Assembly (NCBI GenBank): GCA_043228905.1
Contig: JBHGNT010000008.1
Location: 11,532,001-11,596,000, forward strand
Reading direction: 5' to 3'
Source of the DNA: Azolla caroliniana
Lineage: Eukaryota > Plantae > Polypodiophyta
DNA: 64,000 nt
Shown here one piece after another: positions 60,541-64,000 of the stretch; position 1 is the first letter of the stretch; every line of letters starts with the position of its first letter. The position numbers and the translations under genes are program-made. A model generated the notes under the pieces. It saw only the letters and a list, made by a program, of their open reading frames with translations, had not been told where the DNA came from and did no database searches.

Positions 60541-63500
60541 CAAACTAAAGGTAGTGGATGCAAAAGATCAGCAAGAATTGGGCAGTTTCTTGGAGGACGA
60601 AATGCAACCAAATGGGTTGGTAGCGGACTGGGCGGCGGTGAAGAAGGCTTGTAACCGTTTTGATAAGCGGCGACAATGGCAAGAGGAAGCTGAGGTCAAG
60701 AATCCACAATTGTGAAAGAAGGCACCTACAACGATTGAGCCTAGTAAGCTGATCAACAATTTCGACAAGAAAGCAATGGAGGAGTCTATAATCCAAGAGC
60801 TCTCCAAGAAGTTTGAAGCGGTATCACTAGCCAACTTAGATCGACGCGGGCCCAAGGGAAAAGAAGCGTATAGATGTGTGTGGTGCGATAGCTTCAAACA
60901 CTCACGAAGAGAATGTGTTGACTTGCAAGATGCGATCCACAAGAATGTTGTCTATTTGGACGACAACATGATAAACTCGAGCGAGACTCGGAAGCCACTA
61001 CGAGTGAACTTCGGAAGAGGTGGGCTGAAAAAGATTGTAGAAGAAGAAGATGCAAGGCATGTGCAGGCTATGCACTATGCCGCTTCGGCTGGGATACGAG
61101 TTGGAAAAGAGAATCTTAAAATGATCAAGTTAGGAGCTGGGTTTTGGCCAATGGTCTTCGAGTGCGAAGAAAAAGGCAAAATCAATTCGGAGGATCTAAA
61201 ACTTGCTGACAGAAACGTGCGACTAGCTACCGGATGGTCAGATCCAATCGACGAAAACACAAGCTTTGCGGAGGTTGTGTGTGACACCTATGAAGCCCTT
61301 GTCGAAGAGAAGAGGAAGAGAACCGGTGAAGAAGATGGCACATCAAAGCGACCTAACACGAGGAATGGAGGGAAAGAAGGCCCACCCCAACCTATCCCAA
61401 GAAAAGAGATTGGTGAAACAAACATGAAGCCTAGTGGTCGAGCCAACCTACTCGGATGGAAGTCGAAGAATCAACGAAGAAAGGAAAAGAACGAGCGGCA
61501 CCGACTTACAAGATAAGGTCGGACATAGAACAAACAAGTAACTTGCGGAAGGTCCTTGAGGAGAAGGTTTTAGATAGTCATGTCGACCTTACCTTGAGAG
61601 AGCTACTTGGGATCGCGAAGAAGGAGTTCCATGATACTATCGTGGACCTTATTAAAAGGAAGCGGCAACAATCTGATGAAAAGGAGGTGAAAACAAGTGC
61701 CATAACCATGGCAAGATCGGAAGAGGAGGAAGAAGAAGAAGTGGTGGTGGATAGCCATTACTCACGGCCTCATTGGGCAAGAGCGACAACGGAGACGCCG
61801 GTGAAGATCGGGGAGATGAAAGAGACCGTGGTCGCTTTGATTGACCATGGCTCAGAGATCAACCTCATGTCGACCGAGTTCTACAAGAAAGGAAGATGGC
61901 CGATTAATACAAACCACGGATGGAAGATTCGAGCGGCGACGAAGGCTACGGAGGACTTGTAAGGAGCTTGCCCCAACGTTAAAGTCACGATCGGGGATGT
62001 AGAGATTGATCAACACTTCTTCGTGCAAGACTCCGCTTCACATCCCGTCATCCTAGGACAACCATATATAACATCGTCCTGGATGGAGACCAAGGTGTTC
62101 GATAATGGATCAGCCTTCGCACGCGACAAGAGTCTTGATAGTAAAAGATCTGTTCAATTCCTGACGGTGCGAGCTAATCAAGAAAGGAACCGAGATAGCC
62201 TTGGAGGCGAATCCTCAGATTTTTAAAGCGGACTATTGAAGCATGGGGCACAAATAGTCTGAGCAATCATAAGTCCCCACAAGGAAGCAGAGTGTGTGGA
62301 TAGCAAGGAGAAGCAACATGCGTCACACCTAGCGGCGCATGCAAACTAAGACTACTCAACAAGAAGGAAAAGTGTCAGATACAAGACTTCGAGGAGGTGC
62401 TCAAAGAAGAAAGCATAATTGAAGAAGAAGAATTCGTGTCATATATTCTGGAGGAAGCCTCATTTAACGACACCATCGGTGAAATCGAGGAAGTCGTGGA
62501 CTTGAGCTATACTCACCATCAACATGTGATTTCGGTTAACTCCGTCAACATGTATACTATCATCGATGAATATCATCGAGGCCTGTTGATAGAGGAAGCC
62601 GAAGTCAACACAAAATATAAAACCGTGGATAGGAAGATCAAGCCAGTTGCAGTTTCGCTACCGGAAGATAGCTGGCAAAAGGTGAAGGAAGTTGCAAAAG
62701 ATCCAAGCTTAAGGAACCAAAATACAATTGGCCATGTCTTCACTGAAGAGATGAAGGGAAAGCTACGAGTTGGAAGGGAGGATTTCCTCCTCCCTGAAGA
62801 GGAGCGGATGTTTCGTGGAATGCTTGAAAGACATTGGAAAGCTTTCGCGTTTTTCCCACAAGAAATCGGGTGTGCTAATCCAAGGATGGTAGAACCGATG
62901 GTGATCTTCACGATGCCGCATGTGCCATGGAATTTGAAACCGATACCGGTTTTGAGAGCACACCTACCGAAGCTTATTGAGGTCTTAAAGGAGAAGGTGA
63001 GGATGGGAATTCTAGAACCGTCGAACGCTCCTTATTCTAATAAGTGGTTCATGGTGCCAAAGAAGAATGGATCGTTGCGATTCATTCAAGATCTTCAACC
63101 CGTCAACAAGGTGACAATTCGGAATGCTGGAATCGGTCTGAGTGTGGATGAATTTGTTGAGGCGTTTGCGGGCCGGTCCATCTACTCCATCGGCGATCTC
63201 TACTCTGGCTCAATAGGGTTGGTGCGGATGTGTACCTTACCTCAAGGTGCAACAAACTTGGTGGCTCATATGGTGAATGCCATGAACAAGGGTCTTGAAG
63301 GATTGCATCCCGGATATCACGATGCCATTCTTAGATGATATTCCGATAAAAGGATGTTCGGATGAAGAGAAGGATGAATCAAAAGATAAGGATGGATGTA
63401 GAAAGTTCGTTGTGGATCATATGAAAGATTGCGAGAAGGTGCTCCAAAGGCTCAAAGATGTGAATTTGACATTTTCGGGAGAAAAATCTGCATTCGGGCA

Positions 63501-64000
63501 ACCGGAGATCCTGGTGGTAGGTCACTTGTGTGGAGCATACGGTTGGAAGCCTTTGCCATCCAAGGTGAATGCAATCCAAGACATGAAAGAAGAATGTGTA
63601 ACCCAAACGGAGGTTTGAAGGTTCCTTGGAGCATGCACGTTTTATCATATTTGGATTCCACACTACGCCCACATTGCTAAGCCATTATATGGTCTACTAA
63701 AGAGGAAGCGGATGTTCGAATGGACGAGCGAGCATATAATCGCCATCCGAAGGCTGAAGAAATTATTGATGGAGTCACCTGCATTACGGAAAGCGGACTA
63801 TTCATACCGCAAGACGATTTTCGTGACTGTGGATACTAGTCCAATCGGAATTGGATGGGTTATTAACCAAGAAGATGAAGATTGCAACTGATATGCAATT
63901 CGGTTTGGTGCGAAAGTGTTAAGTGACAGGCAAAGAAGGTATGCCCAAGTGAAGAGGGAGCTATGGGGAATCATCTCGGCAATCAAATTTGATCGTGATT
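60541..64000 (+). pseudogene. Decayed Gypsy gag-PR / RT-RH of a distinct, fungal-like lineage; runs off the window
   Basis: CVWCDSFKHSRREC, ALIDHGSEINLM, KYKTVDRKIKPV, PHVPWN, FIQDLQPVNK, LPQGATN, FLDDIP and VDTSPIGIGW..RYAQVKREL. Confidence 0.9.

Overview
This window is almost entirely nested transposable elements from a eukaryotic genome. It is most likely a non-seed land plant; that is an inference from the mix of Tnt1-like Copia, Tcn1-like chromovirus, fungal-type Gypsy and intron-containing DNA transposons. I can support no host gene, rRNA, tRNA or CRISPR array. Four LTR elements have both LTRs and 5-bp TSDs. (1) An intact Tnt1/Tork-like Copia at 4770-10260 sits inside (2) a decayed minus-strand Copia at 4658-15418, which itself sits in the PBS of a third Copia. 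(3) A decayed minus-strand Copia lies at 40816-46528. (4) A young non-chromovirus Gypsy at 48613-58456 carries an extra ~886-codon ORF after pol. There are also five TSD-flanked solo LTRs, a non-autonomous tRNA-Trp-primed element, chromovirus remnants, a second Gypsy gag-pol with a probable -1 frameshift, and a decayed Sola2-like DNA transposon (~24.3-34.6 kb plus two partial copies). That transposon has satellite-filled introns and a probable second gene. The most interesting observation is that the Gypsy extra ORF, an old diverged relative of it, and the DNA-transposon second gene appear to share one domain (G...[H/C]V[Y/H]...G-x-x-V-D-W, followed by coiled coil in two of them). This hints at an accessory gene shared by class I and class II elements. 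All alignments were made by eye and no database searches were run.
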